This document shows positions 12,435 through 23,028 of a stretch of 64,000 nt of DNA, piece by piece. The stretch spans positions 496,001 through 560,000 of the forward strand of contig JALMLS010000062.1 of assembly GCA_038496445.1 (NCBI GenBank), written 5' to 3'. The stretch comes from Trichosphaerium sp. ATCC 40318. Lineage: Eukaryota > Protista > Tubulinea. Each line of letters opens with the position of its first letter. The stretch's first letter is position 1. The notes under the pieces were generated by a model that searched no databases, had not been told where the DNA came from, and saw nothing but the letters and a program-made list of their open reading frames with translations. The position numbers were made by a program, and so were the translations under genes.

Positions 12435-15400
12435 TTAAACTATGTCTTTACGTTGTTTTGGGCTCAAGTAATCAGTAAGAGTTGAACGTGATGATGAATT
12501 ACAGAATGCGTTTAGCTTTGTTTTTTGATATGTTGTCAAGTTCTTGATATTTTTAAAATTGCTGTGTTTCAATTGATACTTTTGATCCTTTGATGGTGCA
12601 CTAACTGCCATGCTGTTTATAGAAGATACTACTTTTTTACCTTGTGCAGACTTTTTTGCTTCCTTCTCTTGTGATTTTTTATGGATGTAAATGATATCAC
12701 CATTTTGGTTTTTTATAGCATGTTTAATAAGTTTACCGATTGGTAGAATTGTCGGGTTAAAAGTGACTTCGACAACCTACTCAGTTTATAAATAACAAAT
12801 GATTGATAAAAAGAAAACAAACTTGTTGTCAAATTTTTGGCAATTGCACGTGATACTCTTTGAGTGATCAGAATAGTATATTCTTGGTCAATGGCGAAAA
12901 AAAAGTCATTCTACTCAAATTTTCATGGTCGTGAATTCGCAAGGAACTTGTTCCTTGCGCATGACACGCATGAAAATGAGTAGAATGACTTTTTTTTAAT
13001 GACCAAGACAGTGGTTTCTATGCACTTTCCTTTTTGAAACAACGCGGGTTTTTTATAAAATTTATGAGCGGTTAGTAAACCGTCATAAACCGCCGTAACC
13101 CGTCGAAAACCGTCAGAATATTCACAATAAACATGGCTAGCAACTCTTCCCGTGTGTTGACATTCATTAACTCGTTTAAATACAACAAAGATGCTGGTGC
13201 GACACAACCACCTCCAGCAGCACAAGAAACTGTTGTTGACAACAGCCAAACAACGGAAGACCCTTTCTCGTTGATAAAACTTCCTATTTACAATGTCGTT
13301 CCAGAGAAGAGCAAGAAAAGATACTTGAGAGAGTGGCAGAAGTATCAAATTTGGGTATGCCGTTTGACTATTTTTCTGGGTAATTTTTTTAACCTCTATT
13401 TTCAGGCATCAAAAACCAACAATTTCCTTACCAATTTGGAGAAAGAGAGGTTCTTGGATCAGCCCGAGGCATTTGAGGCGTATTTTGCCCACATTACTCA
13501 ACAATATGCTCCGTCAACTATGTGGACCATCTACAGTTGTTTACAGACCATGCGTGTTCAAATCTACGGCCGTAACTTTGACGATGTACCACGCATCAGA
13601 AAATTCCTCAAAAAGCGCAGCAAGAACCACAAGAAGAAAAAGGTACACCTTGCGCACAGTAACTTCGTTTCTAACTCCTTACAGGCTCCAAATTTCACTT
13701 TGTCTCAAATGAGAACCTTTGCGCTTAACGCACCTACTACCCTTGAAGATAACTTCCTTCAACAGAAGGTAGTGCTGTTTTTGGGTTTGTATGGGGCCTG
13801 TCGTGCAGACGATATGCATAACTTGTGCTGGGAGCACGTGCAGCTGTACCAAGATCCGACAAACACACACATCACGGTACAATTTTTTTTTTTTGCTTAT
13901 TCTAAATGCGTGTAGGTTGTTGTTCCTCCAGGAAAGAACAGCAAACAACGTAGCTTCACCATACCAAAACAAAACCATCCTATGTCTCCTTTTCAAACGC
14001 TATTAAAGTACGCATCTTACTTTAGTGTTGACGCAAGGCACCCAACAACAAAATTTCTTCGTTGTTTTAAAAATGGAAAACCGATTAAACGCGCTCTGTC
14101 AAAAAGAACAATTGCTGCAGTTGTTCCGAAAATAGCAGCTTTTCTAGGGCTTGAAAACCCTTCTTCCTACACTGGGCATAGCCTCAGACACACTGCAACC
14201 ACTTTTGCAGCAGATGCTGGTGTTTCTGAAATGAATCTTCTCGATTTTGGTACGTTTTAAAGGTTTTTTTTTTTTTTGTTTTGTAAAACTCACTTTTGTA
14301 CAGGTGGTTGGACGAGCACAGCATCCATGCAAGGATACATTCACTCCAACGCATCAGTAAAAAACAGTAATGCTGCTGTTATTACTAAGGCACTAGCAAT
14401 TGAGGAAGAATCACCAATTCCAATGGCGGTGGAGGAGAAGGAACCCCAAATTTTGAAGTCACGCAAAAGAAAAGCTCCGCCAGCTGTAGAAAAATTACGC
14501 AAACACTTGAAGCTTACTGTAAATGAGGCTGTTGAAAACAAGGAAAACGTAAATGACGAAAACGTGAAAAAAGTCTGTGTAAACCATGATGGCAAAAATA
14601 TCACGATAAACCTCTCCTTCAACTTTTAAATGTTCACAAATAAAACACACCTTGGTATTCAATTCTTTGTTGTTCGTGCATGCTCACTTTGTTTTTCTAC
14701 GCCAAAAAGTCATTCTATTTGTTGTTTCCGTGAAATTAGAATGAAAAAAGTGACTTTAGAATGAGAAAAGGGTTGGAATCGTACAATAAGTCATTCTAGA
14801 ATGTTGTCCTAATTTGCTCACTTTATATCACGAACTTAGAGGGAAAAAGGACCAATCAGATGGGAGAAAAGTCGAATAAATTTTATAAAACCCGCGTCAA
14901 AAAGGAAAGTGCATAGAAAAAAAGTTTGTTTCGAAACTTGTAGAAAACTCCGTTTTGTGACAATTCTTACCTCGTGAAAGTGGTGAAATCCAGCTCTAGT
15001 TGCAACTACACCATCTAGGGATCCAAGATTACGTTCACCGCTCCAAAAACAGTACTACAAAGAAGCGATTAGTCAAAGAATAAAAAAAAGTTTTTCTTTC
15101 TCAAAAAACGTACCATTGCGAATGTTATTTGTTCTAATTCAGGCTCTGTAGACTTTTTGATATCGGATAGATACTTTGGAACTGTTCTCTTGCATTTTTC
15201 AAGAGACTCTATGAGCATCAAGACGAAATTACGCGATTTGATTTCCTTCGTTTTTGTTTTTTCTACAATTGTTGCTCCAGATGCGTCATGGATACTGAAC
15301 GTTCTGTGGCTTTTACGAACTAAACGGTATGATCAGATTTAACGTTCTTGCGTATTTTTTGACTTAAAAGAGTACGTACCACTCTCTGCAGTATGTACTA

Positions 15401-15587
15401 AGATGAATTCAGCGTTTAAGAGCTCTTCTAGGATAGGATACTTGGAGAATAGAGAGCTTGGTAGTTTAGCTTCTTTAGCGTATACCTATGGTTATTTAGT
15501 CGCGTATGGACTTGTTTTTAACGTTACGTTAAAGATTGGCTTTCCATTAGCTTTCTTCATAGCTTCGTTAACTGTGATAGTGAGCAT
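12435..15587 (-). CDS. Thioredoxin-like + MsrA-like protein; its last intron (12777-14970) holds the recombinase element
   Basis: In-frame GT-AG splicing gives MLTITVNEAMKKANGKPIFN / VYAKEAK...YPILEELLNAEFILVH / ...PKYLSDI...LEQITFAM / YCFWSGERNLGSLDGVVATRAGFHHFHE / VVEVTFNPTILPI...KDQKYQLKHS...LSPKQRKDIV*. CFW...GV..T..G...E-VVEV is the MsrA core. Confidence 0.8.
12882..13008. repeat. ~127-nt imperfect palindrome (hairpin) at the element's left end
   Basis: Nested arms: TCTTGGTCA/TGACCAAGA; A8GTCATTCTACTCA/TGAGTAGAATGACT8 (21 bp perfect); ATTTTCATG/CATGAAAAT; CGCAAGGAAC-TT-GTTCCTTGCG. Confidence 0.95.
13015..13064. repeat. Left copy of the element's inverted repeat
   Basis: TTTCTATGCACTTTCCTTTTTGA...ACGCGGGT6ATAAAATTTA is the reverse complement of 14877-14919, with a 23-bp perfect block and a second block differing by small indels. 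Confidence 0.95.
13133..14629 (+). CDS. Tyrosine recombinase (phage-integrase fold), 5 exons
   Basis: Removing introns 13355-13405, 13643-13684, 13877-13915 and ~14250-14303 gives an open frame with catalytic R (GLYGACRADD), K (PPGKN), HxxR (TGHSLRH), W (FGGW) and Y (MQGYIH). It also has a YAPSTMWTIYSCL core-binding segment and a basic NLS-like tail (KSRKRKA). Confidence 0.92.
14877..14919. repeat. Right copy of the element's inverted repeat
   Basis: TAAATTTTATAAAACCCGCGTCAAAAAGGAAAGTGCATAGAAA. Confidence 0.95.
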
Positions 15588-17106
15588 TTATTGTATTAGG
15601 TGTATTGAGTAAGTATTAATGATGCCAGCGTACGTGTTATGACGATTTTTTTTCAACGTTTTTTCGACGTTATTATTTTCGGAATTTAGCGTCAAGCGGA
15701 AATTTCCGTAATTTTCAAAGTGCCAGCTTGACGAGCTGTACGGAAGTGTTCTTGACCGCCTTGTGGCGTAGCTGTAAGCTAGATTTCCTTTAAATCAGGC
15801 TGGATATGTTTTGCTGTTGCGAGATGCTGCTTGCGCTTTTTTTTGTTGCTTCTGTGATTGCAAATGTAATGCGATCAAACGCAGGATAGTGGCCACAGAG
15901 ATAAACGGGTACCTTCAAGCGTATTAAAATTACACTTGCAAGTAAGACAACAATCTAGTTTGACAGTCAAATCATAATCTTCAATCATTTCAAACATCAT
16001 ATGTTTGTGATAAAATAAAACAAAAGTATCCTCCCTAGGTGAGGACACGGTATTTTTGTTTGTTTTCATTCAGATGCACTTCCTAGGTAAGGCCGCTGGT
16101 TTTTTTTGAATTCTTTTTTTTTTTTAGGTACCAAGTAAGTTCTATGTTCACCGATACTTTTAGATCACGGAAGCCGCTCATAGATTTGTTACTTTTTTTT
16201 TTTTTTTTGGATTTTTTGTTGGTTTTATAGACCGACCATTATGTGTCTACTTTCGTCAGCCACTACGAAAGGTTTAAGGGGGTTTTATGTGAGTCGCTTC
16301 GGTTAGTCAAACCGAAACTAGCTGTGGAGAACTACTTCCATCTGATATCTAGAATATATTCGTTTGTTTTTATACCCATAAAGTTGTCGAAAAAATAAAT
16401 TGTGGGAGATCGAAGCTTCTAGAAGCTTTTATTTTTTCATAAAAAACAGACCACGCCACTGGCATGTATTGGTCTTAAAACTACCAACGGTGTTGATTTC
16501 AGTCGTATTCCTGCTGTGGATTTTTTGGATATTTAAATCAGAAAAAAAGAGGAAAGCTCTATTTTTACTATCGTATATTCTGCGATGCCTGAGCTATGCA
16601 CCTCAACATACACTTCAACTTATGCGTGAATTTTTTCAACACATTTCCTTTGCACTAGCAACGCTGGTTAGAGGCAACGCCATAATACCATGCAAAGTTT
16701 ACAGGACATGGAGCTTAGTTAAAATTCGTATTTTTGTAGCAACGCTAGCTTTGAAACCTGTTTTGTTATTGCACTCGTGTGTAGATGTAGCTCGCTTACT
16801 GGCTAAGTTAGTGCCTATTGAGTCTTGCTATAGCGACATTAAGCAGCTGTAGTTTCTAATATTTCACAAAGAGCCACCAACAACAACAAGTTAAAACATC
16901 TGTGTACTTGTCAGAATCGCCATGAGACGCAAGAAAACGCCACTATAGTGAGCCATGGTGGATAATCAACGCAATAAGTGATATTGGTGCTTTTGAAACA
17001 GGTGTTACCAGATCCAGGGCACTACAATGTGCCACTTACATTAAGTTGTGTTTCCAATCGGTTGGTTCTCTGAATTCAATTAATACTAAGATAAAACAAT
17101 CTAAGC

Positions 17107-17851
17107 ATGACTGAAGGTACAATCCATTCTGTAGAGGTAGTTTTTTGGTACTAGCTCATTGATATCGGTATCTAAGAGTTTTTATTATAAATAGGCAAAA
17201 GAGGTTTCTTTCAACATTATAGTAGACCACGACGCGTCCAGCAAGTTTATTGTCACTATTTCAAACAATTGCACTATTTTAGACTTAAAACAGAGAATAC
17301 ACCAGATAAAAGGCGTTGATATAGGTACTTAATATCATACCAGTAGTTTTAGACCAATAACTTAATCGTTTCGATCAGAACGGCAGCATATACGTCCAAT
17401 TGGCATTATGGGGTCAGAATGGGGTAATAGTCTAACTCTGGATAACAAAAGCAACGACATTCGCGTAGTACGAAATAACACAAACCAAAATAGCAAAAAT
17501 CGAAATCTCATTTTTTTTTTGTTCCTAGATTGTAACCGATAATCTCATTCAATTATTCTTTAAATTGCTTACCTTTGGGTATGCTACTCAAGTACCTCAT
17601 GATGCTTCCCTTGAGTATATCTGTCGTATCATAGAAGAGAATCACGGTAAGAAAAGTGTTTTTTTTTTGAGAAAATTGTTCTTTTTTTAGCTCTTTGACA
17701 TCTTAGCTGACATTGGTTTTTTCTTTGATCAAAAGGCAGCGCACACTTCCGTCTTATATTCGCAGGTGCAGTATTAGATAAGTCCAAAACTTTAGCAGAC
17801 TATAACATTACAAAAGAGTCAACCATACACGTTGTGATGCTGATGAAATAA
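17107..17851 (+). pseudogene. Tandem ubiquitin-like-domain gene, probably disrupted
   Basis: Exon 2 reads ...TISNNCTILDLKQRIHQIKGVDI; the last exon reads [35 protein letters not shown] (no diglycine). There is an apparent in-frame TAA near 17357. Confidence 0.55.
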
Positions 17852-18510
17852 GCAACAGAAATGTATTTGATGCTTCGGCTAGCAATGACTTGTAATATTC
17901 TTTAAATGTAAATACCTAACATTTGTGTCTTGCCATCACTTGGAATAGAATCATACTACTTCAAAACAGATATTCTCATATCTGTAGTGAGGTTTTTAAT
18001 ACAATGCAACTGACATTATAATTATATTATTCTTGTTGCTCTAAAGGAGTAAGAAGTCTTACAACATGTGTACAACTTGATGACACTAGAATAGTGTCAT
18101 GTGTCATTTGGCAGAAGCTGTAATATCTGAACATTCTTATAATTGCCTCACTCGCTAAAAAGTAAAACAAAGTCTTAACCAATTTTTTCTTTGGTGCAGA
18201 TGTTTGTTCGTGTGAACTCACGCGCTATTATCAGCCGCAGATGGTGTTTTCTATCAACCACAGTACGCAGCACCACTCGCTACTGCTTGAAAAACACCCA
18301 GAGGGCATTTTGACTCTGTTTATGTCAGCCACCTGTAGTGAGATGCTTTTTCGTCGTTTGGCGTCTGTGAAGTCAGTGTTAACTGTTTGGTAGAAAATTC
18401 ATCAGTTTTCAAAACGAAACAACGGAAAGAACAATGAAGCTTTCAACGAAACGTGTAGCTCTGTTATTACACGCTATTACACTAGCGAGCAACCAGAGAA
18501 CACACAAAGC

Positions 18511-20835
18511 ATGACAGAGTTTGATACAAAGACGTTTATAGTGCCAGAAGACTTTCAAGTCGGTACACGGCTTGATAAGTACCTTGCGGCGCAGTTGAAT
18601 CTATCAAGAAGTGCGTACTAGCGTGGTTGTAAAATAATTATCAAAATGACGTTGTTTCGGTGTCACACACTTTCTTACGCGTTGACAACAATAAAATAGC
18701 AATAATGCGCCTATTTATATTTATTTAGGTCGTGTCACGGCTCTACACAACGAAAAACGCATTTTAGTCAATAACTATGGTGTAAAAAAGGTTTATAAAG
18801 TAAAACCAAACGATAAAATCGAAGTACAACTACAAACATCAGAATTGGAAGAAAACACAAACCAAAACGAACAAAAAAAAGATTCAAAGCCAACGACGTA
18901 ACATACCTCTTATTATTTCTTTCTTTTGTATTCAAACTAACACGTGATCTACAGGGTTTCTTTAGTTGAACCCAACATTGTAGAGAAAGATGGTGTTATA
19001 CAGATTGATGGGTCTATGATGGAAGGAGGTGGTCAGGTTTGTTTTTTTTCCTTTTTCATTCCTTGTCTCGCATGTTCTTGCTTTTTTCCAAGTCAGCTTA
19101 TGGATGTATTCAGGTGTTACGGGTTTCTATGGCACTTGCAGGTATATTGAGTAAACCAATACACATACACAAGATACGTGGAAAGCGAAGACAACCTGGT
19201 AAGACTTGATCGGTGATCACTCTCTTTATTTTTCTGTTAACTTTTTTCTTTTTCTTTCAGGACTTCGTGCGCAGCATGCAGCAGGTACAGCGCTTATTTG
19301 TAATATGTATGGAGATTCAGTTGAATTTGATACTGGCTCTAATGAACTTGACTTTGTTCCAAAATCATGGCGTAATCAAAAATTCGAAGCAGACGCCAAA
19401 ACAGCCGGGTGAGTTTTTTCTCAAATTTATTCACGTCTTTGTCAAAGATTTCTTATCGTTTCTAAAGGAGTATCACGTTGATGGTTCAAGTTGCTTTACC
19501 TTGCTTGGTGTTTGGAGGTTGTAGATCAAAAGCTGTATTGAAGGGAGGAACAAATACTTCCATGTGTCCTCATATTGATTATGTTTCACGTGTTTTCCAA
19601 CCACTTGCATCCAGAATGGGATTATCATTTGCTATTGGTGTAGTGAACAGGTAATTACTTCGACACAAATTTTTACACAATTCATTGTTCGTACTATTCT
19701 TTGTGTGAATTTACGCAGTCGTCAAATAGGCAAAGTTTTATTGCTGAGCGAAAGTGTTGAAACCACTTTTTTCTTACATATTTTTTTTCGCCTCAATTTA
19801 TCTTTGCTTACTTATGGCTTTTTTATTAGAGGGTATTATCCTAAGGGAGGTGGTATAGTAAATCTATCAGTAAAGCCTACAAGAAAATTGAAACCGATAA
19901 CGATTGTTGATTTCGGAGAAGTAGAAAAGATAGAAATCCGCGCTTTTGTTGCAGGTTCTACAACAAACAAAACTGTTAGATCAAAGGAGTTCTCAAAAGA
20001 AGTATGACTACCCACCCTCGCCTAACCTTAACTAATTTGTGTAAATAATAGATGGGACAACGTATAGCTAGGAAGGCTTATAATATGTTATCACGTGATT
20101 ACAAAGAACCTCAAGTACGTCAAGAAAATTATCAGAATTTCATACTCTAACAAATAAATAGGTTCGTTATGAACTGGAAGTCGTTAAGGAGGAGAAAGCT
20201 TTTGGTAATCAAGTTGGTGCAATGTTCGTAGTTTTGTTTTCTTCTTTGCGTATAGTTCTTTGTATTGACTATTTTGTAGTGCTATTGCTACAACGTCAAC
20301 TGGCTGTATTTTGGGGTCTGAAGCATTAGGCGGAAGAATGATTACACCAGAGAAAGTACGGTTGTATTTATTGTTATTGGTCTAATTATCGTAACTCAGG
20401 TTGGTAAAACTCTTGCTGTAGGATTGATGAAGGAGCTCAAGTCATGTGGAAGCGTTGATAGGTAGATTGTTTAAAATTAATGTATCTACAAACAACTAAT
20501 TATTTCGTAGTCACATGCAAGATCAGCTCATCATTTACATGGCTCTGGCGGATGGAAAATCTAAGATTCGTATTGGAGCAATGACTGAGCATACTAGGAC
20601 AGCTATTTATTATGCACAACTATTTACAGGTGTACGTGGAAGCTCTCAATGCATATTTTTCCACCAAATACGATTTTCTTAGTCACTAAAACACCTTTTG
20701 TTTTAGGCCAAGTTCTCTCTTGAAAAAGTACCTGTTGAAGATCGTAGAAATGATTCTGAACAATGCTATGATATAATTTGTAAAGGTATTGGGTTTGAAA
20801 ATAGTATTTGCAAGGAGGATGTATTAGATGAATAA
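18511..20835 (+). CDS. RTCA: RNA 3'-terminal phosphate cyclase with an N-terminal S4 domain (multi-exon)
   Basis: IDGSMMEGGGQVLR, IRGKRRQPGLRAQH, LKGGTN, RGYYPKGGG, VDSHMQDQLIIYMALA and MTEHTRTA (adenylated-His motif, which favours RtcA over Rcl1). Exons 1-2 encode an S4-like domain in frame. Confidence 0.92.
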
Positions 20836-20899
20836 AAAAATAAACATCTTACACTCCGACACTCAACGTTCTAGTTAGGCGTTTCATTTAGGTCAAATT

Positions 20900-21300
20900 A
20901 TTTCCTGCAGGCGTAAGAACAATTCTTGTGCTTTGAACAAAGAGCTACCGCAGGTTAATCGCTTCGGGACCAGAATGTTGGTGGCAAGAAAATTTGAACT
21001 ATATTGTTTGGTTGTAATAATACCATCTACACTTTATTCTAAGTACAGCGTATTGGGCACTTCTTGTACTTATCCGTATCTCATTCTGCATTGTCTCCAG
21101 CACTTGGGATATTTTCTGATACAACTTTGAGTCGGACATTTGTTTCGTCTGTAACATCTTGCTACACCTTTCTAAAGGGCTTTTGCGTCTGACCTCAGTT
21201 TCTTGTTATTACCATCCTTGAATCTATGTATATTTGGTTACCATTTGTATCTTGTCGTTACAGGGTTTGGTTTACAGAAGCAACCGTAGTACTAGGCTGT
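20900..21300 (-). pseudogene. Possible decayed paralog of the 21938-22592 gene
   Basis: Broken frames give YT*I, DGNNKKLR and DETNVRLK, versus YTQI, SDGKKELR and EVTNVRLR in the neighbour. Confidence 0.3.
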
Positions 21301-21937
21301 TGTGACTGTTAAGCTAGATGGTGCTGGTGACTACCATTGTTTTTCGGAATCTCAACAGCTTATCAAGCGCTGTGGTATTGACACTGGTGGTTTCTCTAGT
21401 AAAACCAAATATGATATCCCAATCGATAGCACTGGCGATTTTTGTGCTCCCTTTAAGCTTAAAAACCTGGTCTGCAAAGTGAAAAAATAGGTCTTTCATT
21501 GTAGCCACTGTCATAAATTACTGGTAGCGTCTTATTGGTACAGATTGTCAAATACTGGTAAAGAATACAGTTAAGAATACAGTTGTCAATTTGTGCAGCA
21601 TTTCAACAGTTTCTAATTGCCACCTTTCAAGTATGTTAAAATATAGGAAAAAGCCCTTTTGCCTTTCGGCGGTATCGTTAATACAAAAGCCGGAAGACGA
21701 GTGGCATGTATGGGAAGAAAAAAGAGTTACACATTATATAGGCGTTGTAAAATTTGGAAAGTAGCACAAACCCAAGACCTTCTCAGCTACAACAACAAGG
21801 GTATCAAAATAAAAGGTTCGAGTTTGTGATTTCTTCTTGTGCACGTGTGATTTTGCTTGCGTTATAAGTTAGACGTAGCAATTTTTTAACGGATTAACTC
21901 ATTTGTCAACTGATTTATTGGTTTTGACATTATTACG

Positions 21938-22592
21938 CTATTGGTCTTCGCTAGTTTTGTTTTTAACAGCATTGTAGCAATAAATTGCTGCAGCGGCTCC
22001 TACACCCGCAATAAGAGCCCCACCAGTTATGGCGATTGCTGTAGACGCGAGTATTCCTCCTACCAAGGCACCACTAGCTGCTGCTGTCGCTGTTAGCGCT
22101 GATGCGCCGCTGGGTTTAGGCCACCAACTAGGTTTGTTTTTAAAGCTGTGCCATAACAAAAAGTAGTCACAAACATCGCTGTCCATGTGACGGTGTTTTC
22201 TAAGTGTGACTCCAACGAATATTCCTTCATTAGAATCTGGGGCTATCCTAAATCACGGGTTATAATTTTGAAACGGTTTTTTTCGTTTTTTAAAAATGGT
22301 ACCACGTGAAAATAAAATTATGTTCCTTTTCATCAAACGGCAGATTTTTCATGTTATCTTTCATATTATCTATCTCTAGCTCCATTTCTGGAGTCACTGG
22401 GAATTCTTCGATAATACTATCCATATTTCTTATTGCAGCCCTCAAACGAACATTGGTTACTTCTTTGATTGTATGTGATGATTCGTCTGTGTTCTCGCAT
22501 TTTTTTAAAAACTCATCCCAATAGGCTCGCAGTTCTTTTTTGCCATCGCTTTGAACATCTGTCTCAATTTGAGTATATCTACGTGTCAACAT
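21938..22592 (-). CDS. Hypothetical two-exon protein with a C-terminal Gly/Ala-rich hydrophobic segment
   Basis: ORFs 22290-22592 and 21938-22186 are joined by a short intron. The tail reads ASGALVGGILASTAIAITGGALIAGVGAAAAIY. Confidence 0.65.
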
Positions 22593-23028
22593 TGCTGTTT
22601 GAACACTTCCATTAAGTCAGGAAACTGGCTTGTCAAGACAATAGAAAATAACAGTATGCATAACAACCCATCTAATGGATGTACCGTAAATAGTAGTTAA
22701 ACGTAGTTGCCAAGCCGTATACGTGCATAGTAGCAAAGGTATTTAACAAGTGCTGACGTAAGTGCTCCAAATAATCCGCTAATCAGTCCCCTCTCACAGG
22801 ATGATCCTATCTGTATCAAATGACAAGGCACTCGGCATCAGTGTTTCTCCGAAGCTGCTAAGGATCTTCCCTTTGTTGATGCTCTTGTGACCTATTGAAC
22901 CTTGTGAAGAACTAACTGTCGTAATCAATATTAACGTTAAACTTTTGGAATTTGGCAACTAATTTATTCCACGTGATATATTTTTTGTCTTGATTTGGAA
23001 TTGAATAATCACCACATGTGATGTTCTT

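Larger units (their letters stand above)
12871..14930 (+). mobile_element. Crypton-like tyrosine-recombinase DNA transposon with terminal hairpin and inverted repeats
   Basis: A single YR gene with no RT, gag or DDE ORF. It is bracketed by a perfect 23-bp inverted repeat (13015-13037 / 14897-14919) and a left hairpin (12882-13008). It enlarges one host intron to 2194 nt. Boundaries are approximate. Confidence 0.85.

Noticed and set aside
12923-14622. Antisense and alternate-frame ORFs over the recombinase (12923-13348, 13473-13712, 13679-13996, 14341-14622)
   Set aside because: These are shadows of the YR reading frame with no independent coding signal.
12871-14930. Prophage, bacterial integrase contamination or DIRS retrotransposon
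   Set aside because: The YR gene has spliceosomal introns and lies in a eukaryotic intron. No RT, RNase H, gag or phage genes are present.
16400-16852. 150-aa ORF
   Set aside because: Non-ATG start, composition typical of T-rich non-coding sequence and no motifs.
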